Notes under the pieces: model-generated | What the model was told of the DNA's origin: nothing | Database searches by the model: none | What the model saw: the letters and a program-made list of their open reading frames with translations, nothing else | Translations under genes and position numbers: made by a program | Part shown: positions 9,874 to 21,400 of the stretch, in pieces | Position numbering within the stretch: the stretch's first letter is position 1 | How the letters are laid out: every line of letters starts with the position of its first letter | Source of the DNA: Andalucia godoyi And28 | Lineage: Eukaryota > Protista > Jakobida | Assembly (NCBI GenBank): GCA_009859145.1 | Contig: VRVR01000053.1 | Span: 142,375-206,374, forward strand | Length of the DNA: 64,000 nt | Direction of reading: 5' to 3'

Positions 9874-11730
9874 TTACTGCTTCTTGCGCTGTTGGACGAG
9901 CTTGAGTGATGCAACAAAAGTCATCACCATCTTGGAGTTAACCTCGACGAGGTCTTCCCATTGCGTGAACAGCGTTGCACCGATTTTTCTTGCGACGGAG
10001 ATTGCATACTTTGCATTGAGCTCCTTGTCCTTCTGTTCCTCGCCCTTGGTGACCATCTCTGCGTCAACTGCACGAGACTCGACAGCAGAGCACAGCTCGC
10101 ACAAGAAGATACCGTTGGAGAGCGTGCTATCCTTGAACGACGCCATTGAAGAACCCTTCTTGATCGCAGAGTGCTGCGAAACGGTGTCGTTTGCCCACTT
10201 GATAAGATCGGCATCGGTGACCTCCTTTCCGCCTCCAATCTGCTTGAGCATACGCATGAGATCGTGGCGCATCATCTGCCAAACGAGACCGAGAACGAGC
10301 TTCTTGTTTCCATCCACGACATCCGTGCCGCCAATGTTCACCATGGAAAACTTGAGCTGCTTTCCAAGGACCACCACGTAATTGCAGTTCTCAACCTTTT
10401 TGAACTTGTTCTTGCACGTCATGTTGACCTGCTTCCAGCTGACAATGCCTGGTTCGATCTTATCAAAGAGCTGCAAAAGGATGATTCCGTCGCGAACATC
10501 CTCGAACAAGTTGTTGACCTCGATTCCGAGCGACTGCATCCACAGACGGAATGCTCGTTCTTCACGAGTTCCTGCAGTGTCAAAGTCCAGCATTTCAGCA
10601 TACATCTTCTCCTCTTCTGCGGTGATTGGCTCCAATGCAGGATGCGAGTTGAACAAGTTTGCAACGAACGCCAGGTTGAGCTTTCCGTTTCCGCTGACAA
10701 TATCCTTTGCCGTCACGAACTTGCGGCAGTTGATGCGCTCTGCATTCTCCAGAACCTTTTCTGCACGCTGCGTAACGTCTGCAACTTGCAGAGGCGATCG
10801 ATCGCACTGGTGCGGCGCAATGGCGCTCAGCAGCACTGCATAGTTCTCGGCGTCCTTGATGTCTCCCGAGAAGTTGGAGACCCGTCTTGCCCAGCCCGCA
10901 CGCTCCAAATGATAGTTAACCCATCGCAAAAGAAGCTGCTCTGGAGGCATCTTGAGCAAGTCTGCAAGATCCTCTCCATCCTTGAGCAACCGCACAAGCT
11001 CGGGATGCTTCATTAGATTGATTTCGCCGAGCAAACCCGTCTTGATGATCTGCCACAAAAGCCCCAGAACAAGATGCACCCTTCCCTCAATGATATCTTC
11101 CGGTCCGATGTTCACAACCTTGCATCCAATGCCAATCGCAGAGCGCAAGCACAACGTCAGATTCTCATGGACCTGCCACGCATTCTTGTTTGCCTTCTTG
11201 TTGATCACACGCTCATCAATCGTATCGGGGACGGACGCATTGATCAGTTTGCACAGCAACACACCGTCTTTGCATGCATCAAACACGCCAGACTTTGAGC
11301 TTTCATCAATCGGCAAAACACTCTTCAAATCCGCATCGTTTCCAAGAACAAAGTTGATGTGCTCCACAAACGCGCGCTTTTCTTCCTCGGTGTACGAATG
11401 CTGCGCACCTCCCTGGCCCTGGATCTTGTTGATGGCCTGTGCGGCACGCTTGTACACTTCCGCAAACGCAGTCTTCTTGCTGGTGGACGACGACTTGAGC
11501 TCCGTCGCAGCTGCCAGGAACTCGTTCCAGTCAATCTCGTTGTTTCCGTCCGCATCCACTGAAGATATAATGGCCTTCAGCTCTTCTGCAGTGTGGTTCG
11601 TCCCCAGCGTCGCCTCAAGCGCCGACCGAAGTTCAGCGGTCGAGATCGACCCCGAATGATCCGCGTCAAACGCTTCAAAGTGCGAACGCAGAGTACTCAG
11701 CTCGTCTTCTGTAAAGTTGGAATGGGCCAT
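9874..11730 (-). CDS. Fimbrin/plastin (2 EF hands + 4 CH domains)
   Basis: EF loops DADHSGSISTAEL and DADGNNEIDWNEF; DGVLLCKLIN, VNIGPEDI, EQLLLRWVNYHL, KYAISVARKIGA. Confidence 0.97.
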   Translation of the reverse strand: MAHSNFTEDELSTLRSHFEAFDADHSGSISTAELRSALEATLGTNHTAEELKAIISSVDADGNNEIDWNEFLAAATELKSSSTSKKTAFAEVYKRAAQAINKIQGQGGAQHSYTEEEKRAFVEHINFVLGNDADLKSVLPIDESSKSGVFDACKDGVLLCKLINASVPDTIDERVINKKANKNAWQVHENLTLCLRSAIGIGCKVVNIGPEDIIEGRVHLVLGLLWQIIKTGLLGEINLMKHPELVRLLKDGEDLADLLKMPPEQLLLRWVNYHLERAGWARRVSNFSGDIKDAENYAVLLSAIAPHQCDRSPLQVADVTQRAEKVLENAERINCRKFVTAKDIVSGNGKLNLAFVANLFNSHPALEPITAEEEKMYAEMLDFDTAGTREERAFRLWMQSLGIEVNNLFEDVRDGIILLQLFDKIEPGIVSWKQVNMTCKNKFKKVENCNYVVVLGKQLKFSMVNIGGTDVVDGNKKLVLGLVWQMMRHDLMRMLKQIGGGKEVTDADLIKWANDTVSQHSAIKKGSSMASFKDSTLSNGIFLCELCSAVESRAVDAEMVTKGEEQKDKELNAKYAISVARKIGATLFTQWEDLVEVNSKMVMTFVASLKLVQQRKKQ

Positions 11731-12223
11731 CTTTTCTTTTTCTCCTCTGGATTCCGCTGCTTGTGCTACTCTCTTTGAATACAGTACACCCCAGGAAAAT
11801 TAAAACATAAGAAAGAAAGAAAGAAAGAGAAAAAAAAAAAAAGAGGAAAAATAAAAATAAAATAGATCAATGGAAATGAAGAAAGTTAGAAGGGGAAAAA
11901 AAGGAAAAACTCTTTGGAGACACAAGGATTGCAAAGGAAGGGGGAAAGACAAAAAGGAGAGCCCAAAAAATCAAAAAACAGAATGGTGCATCACAGAGAA
12001 ACGTCGCATAGATGATCAAAATTGCAATTGAAGTCGGGGAAGAGTGAGTGAAAAAAGGGCCGGATTGGGTGATTGAGTACGGGAAGAGGCCGCATCGTCC
12101 TAGTCGGTACGCAGGTTCCGAGGATAGCTCCTTTTTGCACAGCACTTGAACCTGGACCGCCCCCCTCCCCTTCCCCTCTCCTGTCCAGACTACAGTAGAT
12201 GCTGGCGTTTGGGTTTTAAAGCT

Positions 12224-14359
12224 TCAAGGAAACGCCCAAGACCAGCTTGACTGGCGGATTCTCACAAAGACTGTGGTAAGAGTTCTGCGGTCTTGTGACA
12301 GCGTCCTGGAGACAACGTACGGCTCGTGCGCGTTCCGCAGAACTTCGGCTGCCGCTGCATATGCAAGACCCCAGGACAAGTGCGAGGACAGCACTCGGCT
12401 GTTCTCACTCAGGACTGCCCGTGACGAAGACGAAGCGTCCAACAGCTGTGTAAGTTCAACTACTTCAAAATACTCTGCCTTACCACTCTGGAAGCCCGCC
12501 GGGGAGCGGCCTGGCAGAGCGCCTTGCCCGTCGTTTCCAGCCGGTTTCGCGATTTCGCTCGCAGCCGCACTCAGAAAACCATTGGGGGATTGCACAATCG
12601 CTGAAGTTGTCACGGAAGGACTTCCTCGTTCGACGGACAATTGATCTTGCGCTTGCTTTTCAGAAGGTGTACGCGATTCCATCGTTTTTCCGTTTGCTGC
12701 TTGCGGAGCCGCCACAATGGACGCGTGTCGGTTCTTGTCGGCCTGGTTCGACGACGGCAAGGGCAGAGACGCAGAGACAGAGGACGTCGAATTGTGGCCT
12801 GGAGCGTCTTCGTGATGCTTCAGAGCGGCAACTCGCTGCGATTCGCTAAGTTGACTACTCAGCATCATTTGCATCTGCATGCGATCGGCGGACTTTTGTG
12901 GCGCAGAATTCAGAGGCTTGGACGGCGGAAGACAGGTCGGTTTCGAAGAAGTGGTTGGAGTGGATCTTGGTACCGACGGGAGCGGTAGTGGCGATGCCAC
13001 GATCGAAGTTTGTACAGCGGGAGTCGAATTCACTGGAGGAGACATTCTTCTTGGTACAAGGGGGACTCGGCGTTTTGCCGGCGGCTCAACAGCGTCGTCG
13101 ACTTTATCATCGACATCCGAGCGCTCTGGGGATTCGCAGTCCAATAGCGAGCGCACTCTCCAGCTACCACACATTTCCACAGCCCCGGCAGCGATATTTC
13201 CGTCTGTAAGGTTCACAGACGCGGTATAATCATCATCATCGTCATCATCATCGTCGTCGTCATCGTCATCGTCATCATCATCGTCGTCGTCGTCTGCCTC
13301 GCTGTCTCGCTCTCTGTTGTCGGTTTCGCTGATGATGTGGGACCGAGACACCACCAGGCCTCGCTTGAGCGACTCCGATCGAGCACTTGCCGACTGCAGC
13401 TCATCCAAGCATTCGCGAATCCCTGAAGCAGACCGTACAGCATCCGGGAAAAGCTTCTTAAGAAAATGGAAAATACGGTCAAAGATGTTCGGCGCCCGTT
13501 TCGATTTTGCGAAGTCCTGGTACACAAGACACGCGTTCGCAAACAGCACTGTGCACGGCCACGGCATCGCCTCATCGTTTCGGAAGCGCAGTGAGAATGG
13601 ACGCGATGTCCTGCTATCCGCGCTTTCATTCCCATTCCCATTCGCGCCGCGGACGCTCATTTGCTGTTGAGCTGCAGAATGGCACCGACAGCGGTGCATG
13701 TACCACAGCAAGAGCTGCAGCTTACGAGCAACAATCTCGGAAACGCCCTCTTGCTGTGCAAGAAACCGCGACAGTTTGGTGTTTTTCACGGGACCGCAAA
13801 TCTTGAAGCACGCAGTTTGCGGGTTTGGAAAAGCCGGCTTTTCCTTGTATCTGTACATGAGTGCATAAACTTTTTGCTGTGCTGTGATTCCGAAAAAGTA
13901 CGGGAACACAAACGGATCGCGTTCATCGAGATTCTCAATCATTGTCAGCGCGCGATCGAGCAAGTCGAGCATTCCGGCTTCGAGGTCCGTCGCGGACTGT
14001 TGCCGGAGCCCAACGACCTCGGCATACACAAGTCCGTAGGATTGATCGGACAATTCAAGCGCTCTTTTCTGCATCACTGATGTATGCACCAGTCGAAAGT
14101 CGACTCGATGCGACGGTGCCAGAATGACGTTTCGCACCGCAGAAGACCGACTGCTCGTATGCAAAAGATACTCGTCGACCGCATGCTTGTACTCTTCAAA
14201 ATCCTTGTCCTTTGAAAAGGAAAACATGCATCCGTACGTCTCTCCGCTGTCATTTCGCAGACTGTGAAGCTTCTTGGCATCGGCACCCCAGCTCGTCACG
14301 CTGGCCTGCGAGAACTGCGCAAGAGGAAGTCGCGCAGTCGGTGGCGATGAACATGACAT
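12224..14359 (-). CDS. Hypothetical protein (globular N-terminus, poly-Asp tract, disordered Ser/Pro region, small C-terminal domain)
   Basis: Long ORF with coding-like composition from ATG 14359 (MSCSSPP); no family recognised. Confidence 0.75.
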   Translation of the reverse strand: MSCSSPPTARLPLAQFSQASVTSWGADAKKLHSLRNDSGETYGCMFSFSKDKDFEEYKHAVDEYLLHTSSRSSAVRNVILAPSHRVDFRLVHTSVMQKRALELSDQSYGLVYAEVVGLRQQSATDLEAGMLDLLDRALTMIENLDERDPFVFPYFFGITAQQKVYALMYRYKEKPAFPNPQTACFKICGPVKNTKLSRFLAQQEGVSEIVARKLQLLLWYMHRCRCHSAAQQQMSVRGANGNGNESADSRTSRPFSLRFRNDEAMPWPCTVLFANACLVYQDFAKSKRAPNIFDRIFHFLKKLFPDAVRSASGIRECLDELQSASARSESLKRGLVVSRSHIISETDNRERDSEADDDDDDDDDDDDDDDDDDDDDDYTASVNLTDGNIAAGAVEMCGSWRVRSLLDCESPERSDVDDKVDDAVEPPAKRRVPLVPRRMSPPVNSTPAVQTSIVASPLPLPSVPRSTPTTSSKPTCLPPSKPLNSAPQKSADRMQMQMMLSSQLSESQRVAALKHHEDAPGHNSTSSVSASLPLPSSNQADKNRHASIVAAPQAANGKTMESRTPSEKQAQDQLSVERGSPSVTTSAIVQSPNGFLSAAASEIAKPAGNDGQGALPGRSPAGFQSGKAEYFEVVELTQLLDASSSSRAVLSENSRVLSSHLSWGLAYAAAAEVLRNAHEPYVVSRTLSQDRRTLTTVFVRIRQSSWSWAFP

Positions 14360-14722
14360 TTCCCCTCTCAATTGCAAGGAGAAAGAAAACGTGTTTGCAT
14401 TTAAAACAACAGCAACGATAACAAAAAAACAAAAAAAAAAAACCTGTGGATTTTCTCTCGAGAAGCCCGCCCTCCTACCTGCAGGACATTGCGTATGTAT
14501 GAGCTGAACAGAAAATCGGGGGAGGGAAGGGAAGGGAAAGAAGCGAAATGATGGGTGGCCAGCCGAGCAACAAAAATAACAGCAACAACAACGAAACAAA
14601 AGAAAAAGAACACAGTGCTTTTGAAAATGAACAGCATTCGCATGGGTGATGGAGGAGGAGACACGACCTTTGCGAAAAAAACAATATAATAATAATAGTA
14701 ATTTTAATTTACTTCTTGTTGG

Positions 14723-15901
14723 TCAGGCATCGGCGCATTCTTGGAAATCATCGTCGTCGTCTGCGGCGGGAACCGGAAGCGGGATGGCATTGATGTGTGC
14801 CTGATAAGGTTTGCCGTCGGCGGACTGCAGGAAATTTTGGATTCGGAGCCGCTGGAGTTCGAGCCGGATTTTGTAATTGCGAAGTTGGGTTTCCCAGTAG
14901 AGTTTGGTGTTGTCGTCGTGGTTGATGGAATAGGCATTTTTGCCGCAATAGGCAATCTCCAGATAGTCGGGGTTGAAAGCCTCGTTTGCCTTTTTGAACT
15001 TGTGCGATTTCGGATCGGTAGTGGATCCTGTCAAAAAGTGAATTTTCGATTTTGTGACCGAGTTGATGACAGGGGACATGACGGTCCACAGCGCACGGAA
15101 CATGAACGGCGCGTCAAAACAGTAGAAACCCGCTAGCCTTTCTGGGTACATCCTTTGCAGCGTGTGTAGCACAGTTTTCCCGAATTGGAACGGCGCGGCA
15201 TCCGATAAGCTGAATCCCCGCCAGTCGACAATCCAAACCAGCTGCTCCACTCCTCCGGGCGACGTCGTTGATGTCTCTGAATTCTCCGCAGACAGCGGCA
15301 TGGACGCGATCGCATTCTCCAAATTCCAAACCAGATGCTTCAACTGGACATCCCACATCTCAGACGTCTTCCCCGTCGGGCGCACGTAAATCACCGGCCG
15401 CCCGACCTTGTCAAACCCGTGCCGGTACATCTTGGTCCACTTCAGAAACTCGTCCGCGACATCCTCCGGCCCGATGCCCAGCGGCCGGTACTCCACGCGC
15501 CACTTGATGGCATCCAGCATCAACTCCGTCGCCTTCTCCAGATTCCAGTCCCGTGCCACCAGGTACCGCCGAAGCATCCTCACATCCCACTGCGCACGCT
15601 CCTCGACCGGCACATCCGCCGGGATGCGCGACTTCAATTCCAGTAGCAAGTCCCGCTGCGCAGCCTCCAGCGTCTCGAAAAACGACGGATGTTCGTACAC
15701 CGCGTACGACCGCGACGGCGCAGGAGGCACCTCCGTCGACGCATACGATTGCTGCGATGAGAAATGCCCGCTTACGCCGTCGCAGGCCATCTCGGCCGAC
15801 TCGCTCTCCGGAAGTCCGTCGGCCGACGGCGTCGCAGGCGGTTCATGATCGTTGTCCTCGTCCTCGAGCTCGGGAGCCAGTGGCGCATCTACTGCCGACA
15901 T
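14723..15901 (-). CDS. CRAL-TRIO (Sec14-like) lipid-binding protein
   Basis: LRRYLVARDWNLEKA..L....WR, GFDKVGRPVIYVR, YPERLAGFYCFDAPFMFRALW.VMSP. Confidence 0.93.
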   Translation of the reverse strand: MSAVDAPLAPELEDEDNDHEPPATPSADGLPESESAEMACDGVSGHFSSQQSYASTEVPPAPSRSYAVYEHPSFFETLEAAQRDLLLELKSRIPADVPVEERAQWDVRMLRRYLVARDWNLEKATELMLDAIKWRVEYRPLGIGPEDVADEFLKWTKMYRHGFDKVGRPVIYVRPTGKTSEMWDVQLKHLVWNLENAIASMPLSAENSETSTTSPGGVEQLVWIVDWRGFSLSDAAPFQFGKTVLHTLQRMYPERLAGFYCFDAPFMFRALWTVMSPVINSVTKSKIHFLTGSTTDPKSHKFKKANEAFNPDYLEIAYCGKNAYSINHDDNTKLYWETQLRNYKIRLELQRLRIQNFLQSADGKPYQAHINAIPLPVPAADDDDDFQECADA

Positions 15902-16161
15902 TCTACCGCGTTATGATTCTTAAAAAAAACCTCGATCTCCTGACCTACCGTCTTTTCCCGCAACAATAAATGTTCCTGTTGCTGTCGCATGCAACAATTC
16001 TGCATGAAGACTAAAAGCCAAGAAGGGAGAAAGGAAAAAAAACCATGAGAAGCGAGCAAAAAGAGGAGATTGTGTAGTTTGTGCAGTAGACAAATGTCGA
16101 CAGCCAATGTCCTTCCTCTTAATTTTTTTTTACATATATGATCAGACCGAGACACCGGACA

Positions 16162-16726
16162 CTATGGGTACCGCGAACCGACACGGTCTCTTGGAATGAG
16201 TCTGAGTTCGGACCCGTGCTTGAGGAAGATGGAGCCTGCGGTCTGGGCAGGATTGACGCCAACGCCGTCTTTTGTGATGATGGCGGACGTTGCGGCGGGG
16301 ACCTTGAACTCCTGCGCGGCGAACTTTAAGACGGCCGTGAATGGCGCTGCTTCCGGAACCTTGATTCTGCAGAGGACAACAGCACAAGCACACACGCCAC
16401 ATCGGGCGGAAAAAACACGCGTTTCACACAGTAAGCATCAGGCGATTTAAAAAAATAAAAAGAGAAAACGAACGATCGTAATAAAAAGAAAACAAGCGAC
16501 CCAGAGAGAGAAGACATACACTCGGAACGGTAGCTTTGGGTCTGACGCAAGCGTGATTTTGAATGAGACGGACGCAGTAGACGCCTGCTGTACCGCAGAC
16601 GTCGTCGATGCTGATGCAGAAGACGACCTGTTGTTTGTTGTTGTTTCATTACGAGTTAGATTGTGTGCACTGTTGAATCGGCAATGTAAAAGATTGTTCG
16701 TGAGATGCAGAAAGACAGACATACAT
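16162..16726 (-). CDS. UFM1: Ubiquitin-fold modifier 1, three exons (16726-16725, 16627-16520, 16366-16162), 104 aa
   Basis: Spliced product MSSSASAS...[80 protein letters not shown]. Both introns are GTATGT...CAG; intron 1 has a CTAAC branch point at 16659-16655. Confidence 0.95.
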
Positions 16727-17197
16727 GTTCCTTCCACCTTGAATCCCCTTCTTCTTCTTTTAAAAACTTCTGGTTTGATGGCGAGAAGAGCAGAAAAGAG
16801 AAAAACGCAATGAGGAAAAAGGCAGATTTCTTTGCCTTTCAAAAAGCTTTTCAAAAAAATATAACATTACTCAAGCATCATTTATTGAATAATTAATAAT
16901 AATAATAAAAATGGAAAAGCCACTGTAGGCAAGGTGTTGTCGAACAAAGGTCGTTCGATATCTGTCGATCTGTAGAGCTCCGCTTCCTCAGCCTTTCCTT
17001 CTGTTGGTTTGCTGCTTCCCTCTCCTTCCCATTCTCCTTCTCCTTCCCATTCTTTGTCTTTGTTGTATAATCTTTTAAAAATATCTCTATTCATGTTTTT
17101 GATATTACTTTTATTACTATAATTTACTGTTTGTTTGGTTTTTGTGGTTGTGGAGGTACGTGTGAGACTAGGTGTGGGGGGGTTTGGTGCAGTTGTG

Positions 17198-18127
17198 ATG
17201 GGAGACAAGTATGAGAAGCAACTCACACGCGTGCTTGACACTTCGAATGCTCCGTCGAAGCGATTCAAGCATTTATTAGCGCTTTTCGAGATTTTGGCAC
17301 CGCTTTCCTCGCTTCCCGCTTCTTCTTTGAACACGACATCCTCATCCTCATCCTCCTCCTCGTCGTCATCGTCGTCGTCGTCATCGTCATCATCGTCGAC
17401 GCCATCGCATATTCTGCTGTCGACCGCGCATTTTACGGCCATTGTTCTGAACACCGCACCGCCGTTTCCGGTGAGCTCCTCGGGGGCAATCGACCAGTTC
17501 ATCTCGTCGAATTATCAACACGTGTTTCGCATATGCCTCGATCTTTTGCTGTCGATGCTCCAGCAGCAAACAGGGAAAAAGGCGGCGTCTGTGACGTTTT
17601 CCGACATTTTTTCCACGATGTTTTTGCTGCGACGGCTGATTTCGCTGCGGCCTGACCTCATTCGAAACCGGTGGCAGTATCCGGCATTTTCGGCACTGTT
17701 GTTGCAGCTTTGTGCGCGGACAGCAGACGTGAAGTTTAGGATTCTTGGGCTGGACTTGCTGCTTTGCATGATTCAGTGTTTTGGAGAAAAGGCCGAAGAA
17801 TCGCTGCTGCTGCTGCTTGTCTATGCTCTCGATACGCAGGCGCAGGTGGGAAAGCCCGGGGCAAAAATCGCGCCACCTTCATCGCTTGGGCAGGTCCCGG
17901 CAGAGTTTGTTCTCGCGATTCCGATGTCCGATGAGGACGCGTATCAAAGCTCGACTTGCTGGGGCTTCGTTAGCTCATACGTCGCTGCAGTTTCAAGTAT
18001 TGCCAATGCAGATGGCGGTCCTGGCAGCAGCGGCGGCGGGAATCCAGGTCCTGGAATGGCATCATCGAGTGGATCAGGTGTTGGAAATGCATCGGCCAAT
18101 TCACAGTCATCATCATCATCATCATCA

Positions 18128-18163
<36 letters not shown>

Positions 18164-18454
18164 GCGTCGTCAGCTTTGCAACAGCCGTCGTCAGGCTCAT
18201 CGATGCCTTCTTCTTCGTTGCCGGGTTCGGCGGCTGGGTCTGGACCGAACCAGTCACAACAATCTGGTCCAGCAATCGCGGGGGGATCACAATCCCAAGC
18301 TTCCAGTGGCAGCGGGTCTGGTAGCGGAGGCATGGGTGCACTGTCCGGATCCTCAGGCGGAAGTAGCTCTGGTTCTAATTTCTTCTCCCCGTCCTTCTCG
18401 ATCTCGGCGTCTCCCCCCTCTTACAGTGGCAGTACTGGTACTACGAGTACTACT

Positions 18455-18489
<35 letters not shown>

Positions 18490-21400
18490 TAGCAGTAGCA
18501 GTAGTAACACCAGCAGTAGCAACAGCAATTACAACGGCAACAATAGCAACAGCAACTTTGGAATCGATGATCGACATTACACATTTTTTGCTCGCGACAC
18601 TGCCAGTCACACGATGTGCCACCTGTACAACAAATCTGCACATCCTGATGCAGAGGCGCTGTTCATGTCGCATTTTGCCGTGTTCCAGATTCCTACTCCT
18701 GGTGCTGCACCCAGTGCGAATGCAGTGTCGCCTGCGTTGCTGACAGTGGAGACGCTGTTCAATGGGATATCCGCCGGCTTTTCTTCTCCAGGACCGCACA
18801 ATCCTCCGTCGTTGAACGGAATGGAGCAGTGCTTGTGCGAAGATTCCTTGCGGCTATTTGACTACTTTTTGGCGTTCTTCACGTATGCCGCAGAGGAGGA
18901 TGCAAGCTTTGTCATGTGGTGGACGTTCGTGAAGGATCGCATTATTCCCATGCTGCTGACGCAACGCCCGTCTCCATGGACGATGCTCTCCGGTCGGCCT
19001 TTTTCATTTCTTGTGCGACGGCTTGAACTATGGTTCAGTTCCACTGCCATTCCTGCGGCTGTGAAAAGCAAGTTAGAAAGGGATATTCCAAAAGTCCTTA
19101 TTCCCGTTTACCGGCACGCGCTGATGAGTGATGGCATTGGAGCTGGAATTGCGATTAGCAGATTCCGCAAGTGGATCGAGTCCAATTCGACGTTCGGTAC
19201 TCAGACTCTTGAGGAAATAATCACCTCATTGGCCCGTGGTGGGCTAGCGTGCCGAGGTGGCCTGGATGGACTCATCAGCGCCACCCAGGTCCTCTCGCCA
19301 GATCTTGTGCTTCCTTGTTTATTGCAGGGGTTTGACACGGTATTTTGTGCGGCTCCAAAGGAACTAGGCGTTTTGAACTCCCTATTCTCTGGAATGGCCC
19401 ATTCGTCGTGGCTACCGCCGTCCATTTTGTTCCTGAATTCACTGGGATCGGCATCAACAGCGGGGGGAAAATCCAATTCTGGATCCGCGCTGTTGGTGCC
19501 GTTTTGCCCCACAACTGTAGTTGCCTGGTTCACTCCCTACGCTTCCATGAAGGTGTTTTCATCTCTCGACGTTCCGGTGACTGCATATCAATCGATCAGC
19601 GCTTTTCACAATGCGATCTCCATTGCAAATGGCGAGTTTTCGAGTTCCTCTTCCGAGCGACTGAGCTCGTCGTTGTCGAATCTTCCGTTCCCGGCGATTT
19701 CGGCAAATGCGCCGCACTTGACGCAGAGTTGCCCTGTTGCTGGCTCTCTGATTGAAGTCTTGGATGTGTTGGCGTACTGCCTGACGCTGCTGTGGATCAA
19801 GTGTCGTGTTGATCGGCGAGACGAATCCCTGTGGGCATTGCTCGCCGGATATGCGTCGAAGTGGACGCATGTACCGTGTTTTATGCATCAGTGGAGAATG
19901 GGGCTCGCCTATCACACCGTGCAGTATTTGCAATCGCAATCCAATGGTGTTTCAAACGTCGACCTGTATCGGGCCTCTGTGGCATCCACTCTGTCTTCTC
20001 GATCCACCGTACCTCCAAATTCACCCGCCACCCCGCATGGCTCAAGCCCCTCATCGACACCGTCGTCAATCTTCCTTTCGGAATCGCCATCTTTCAAGTA
20101 TGCACTGTACAGCTGGGACCGTTGGGTTCGATTGTTGGACCGAAAGTCCTGCCACGTGATCGTGATGCGGGGCATTTCTGAAACTGTGGCCGTCCTACTT
20201 GGACATGCACCACCATTTGCAGTTCCGTTGCCCAACATGACGGAGAACATCCCGCTTACAGCAACAAACCTGTTCATTGGACCTCCGTTTCGCAGATCTC
20301 TGAACGCAGAGGCAAATACTCTGTTACAGTTGTTTGGGAAATGGGCAATCATGCCGCTGGCGATGAATGAGTCCGACCGAGATTCCCGCGCGGTTTCCGC
20401 TTCGATTCTCTGTCGAATCTTGTCGCACCTGTCCCCTGAAGCTGTCCACGCAACACATCTTGGTGATATTTTCGCGTGCTTGGCTGCGAACGCAGAGTTT
20501 CTCCCCGAATCGGAAAAAATTCTCTGTCGAGGGTTTGCGGGAACGGTATCTCTTGCTCGCTATTTGCTCAGCGTTCGTCCCACGCCGGAAGCACTGCTTT
20601 GCGTTGCCTCACTGTTCTGGGCGGATCCCTCGTATGCGCGTTTGGTCTGTGAGTTTGGCCATCCGTCTCACGCGTATGGAGAGGAGTTGTTGCTGCGACA
20701 CGTACTGGAGTACGTCCGACAAAAGGAAACGTCGTCTACGGAAGGATCACACAGTACCATTTACTTGCTCAACAGTTCGCTGCACGAGACTTCTGGTCGT
20801 CAGAAGAGGAAATCTGTGATGCTTCCACCAAGTGAGAGCGTCTCTGCTATTGCGGCTGCCGTGGATTCATGGAAGCTTCCGCGATTGTTTAACAAGTTGA
20901 ATCATGAACTTCGGAATATTGTCGATCAATGCCTGTCTTCCATCTGCCAGAAGCGCAAACTCAGTCATGTCCCACTCGAGTATGCTTCGCCAGTCTTAAT
21001 GGAGAAGTGCGACGATCTTGAGCGACTGGCTGGGATGATGCTGTACTCCGAAGAATGGGCGCTTCCGTTTCGTGTTTCCAAGGACGGCTTGTCGTATGTA
21101 CTTGCGCAGTGGGGTTACTATCCGATTCAGGAAATTGATCTTGATACGCATCCATTGTATGGAGCGCAGTACAAAGGTCCGGAATCCATTATGAATTGGA
21201 ACCGCCTTCTTCGAAACCCCATCATGTCCGTTGCAATTTGTAGGTCGTCCATTGTCACCGTGTATCCATCCCATCCAGATGCGTGGGCGCTGATTGACAA
21301 TGGCAACAATAATGTGGAAGATGCGGCTGCGAATGCAGGGGTTCGACGAGGACACGAAGAATCGGAAGAAGTGTTTTTGATTCTACGGTCTCGTAGCGGT

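Noticed and set aside
12000-12170. GGTTCAAGT, an ACAGAGA and an Sm-site-like AATTTTGA upstream of fimbrin
   Set aside because: No cloverleaf and no further U4, U5 or U6 similarity; short motifs like these are expected by chance.
17944-18799. Antisense and alternate-frame ORFs with poly-D, poly-T or poly-C runs in large genes
   Set aside because: These are shadows of trinucleotide-repeat, low-complexity codons in the real CDS.
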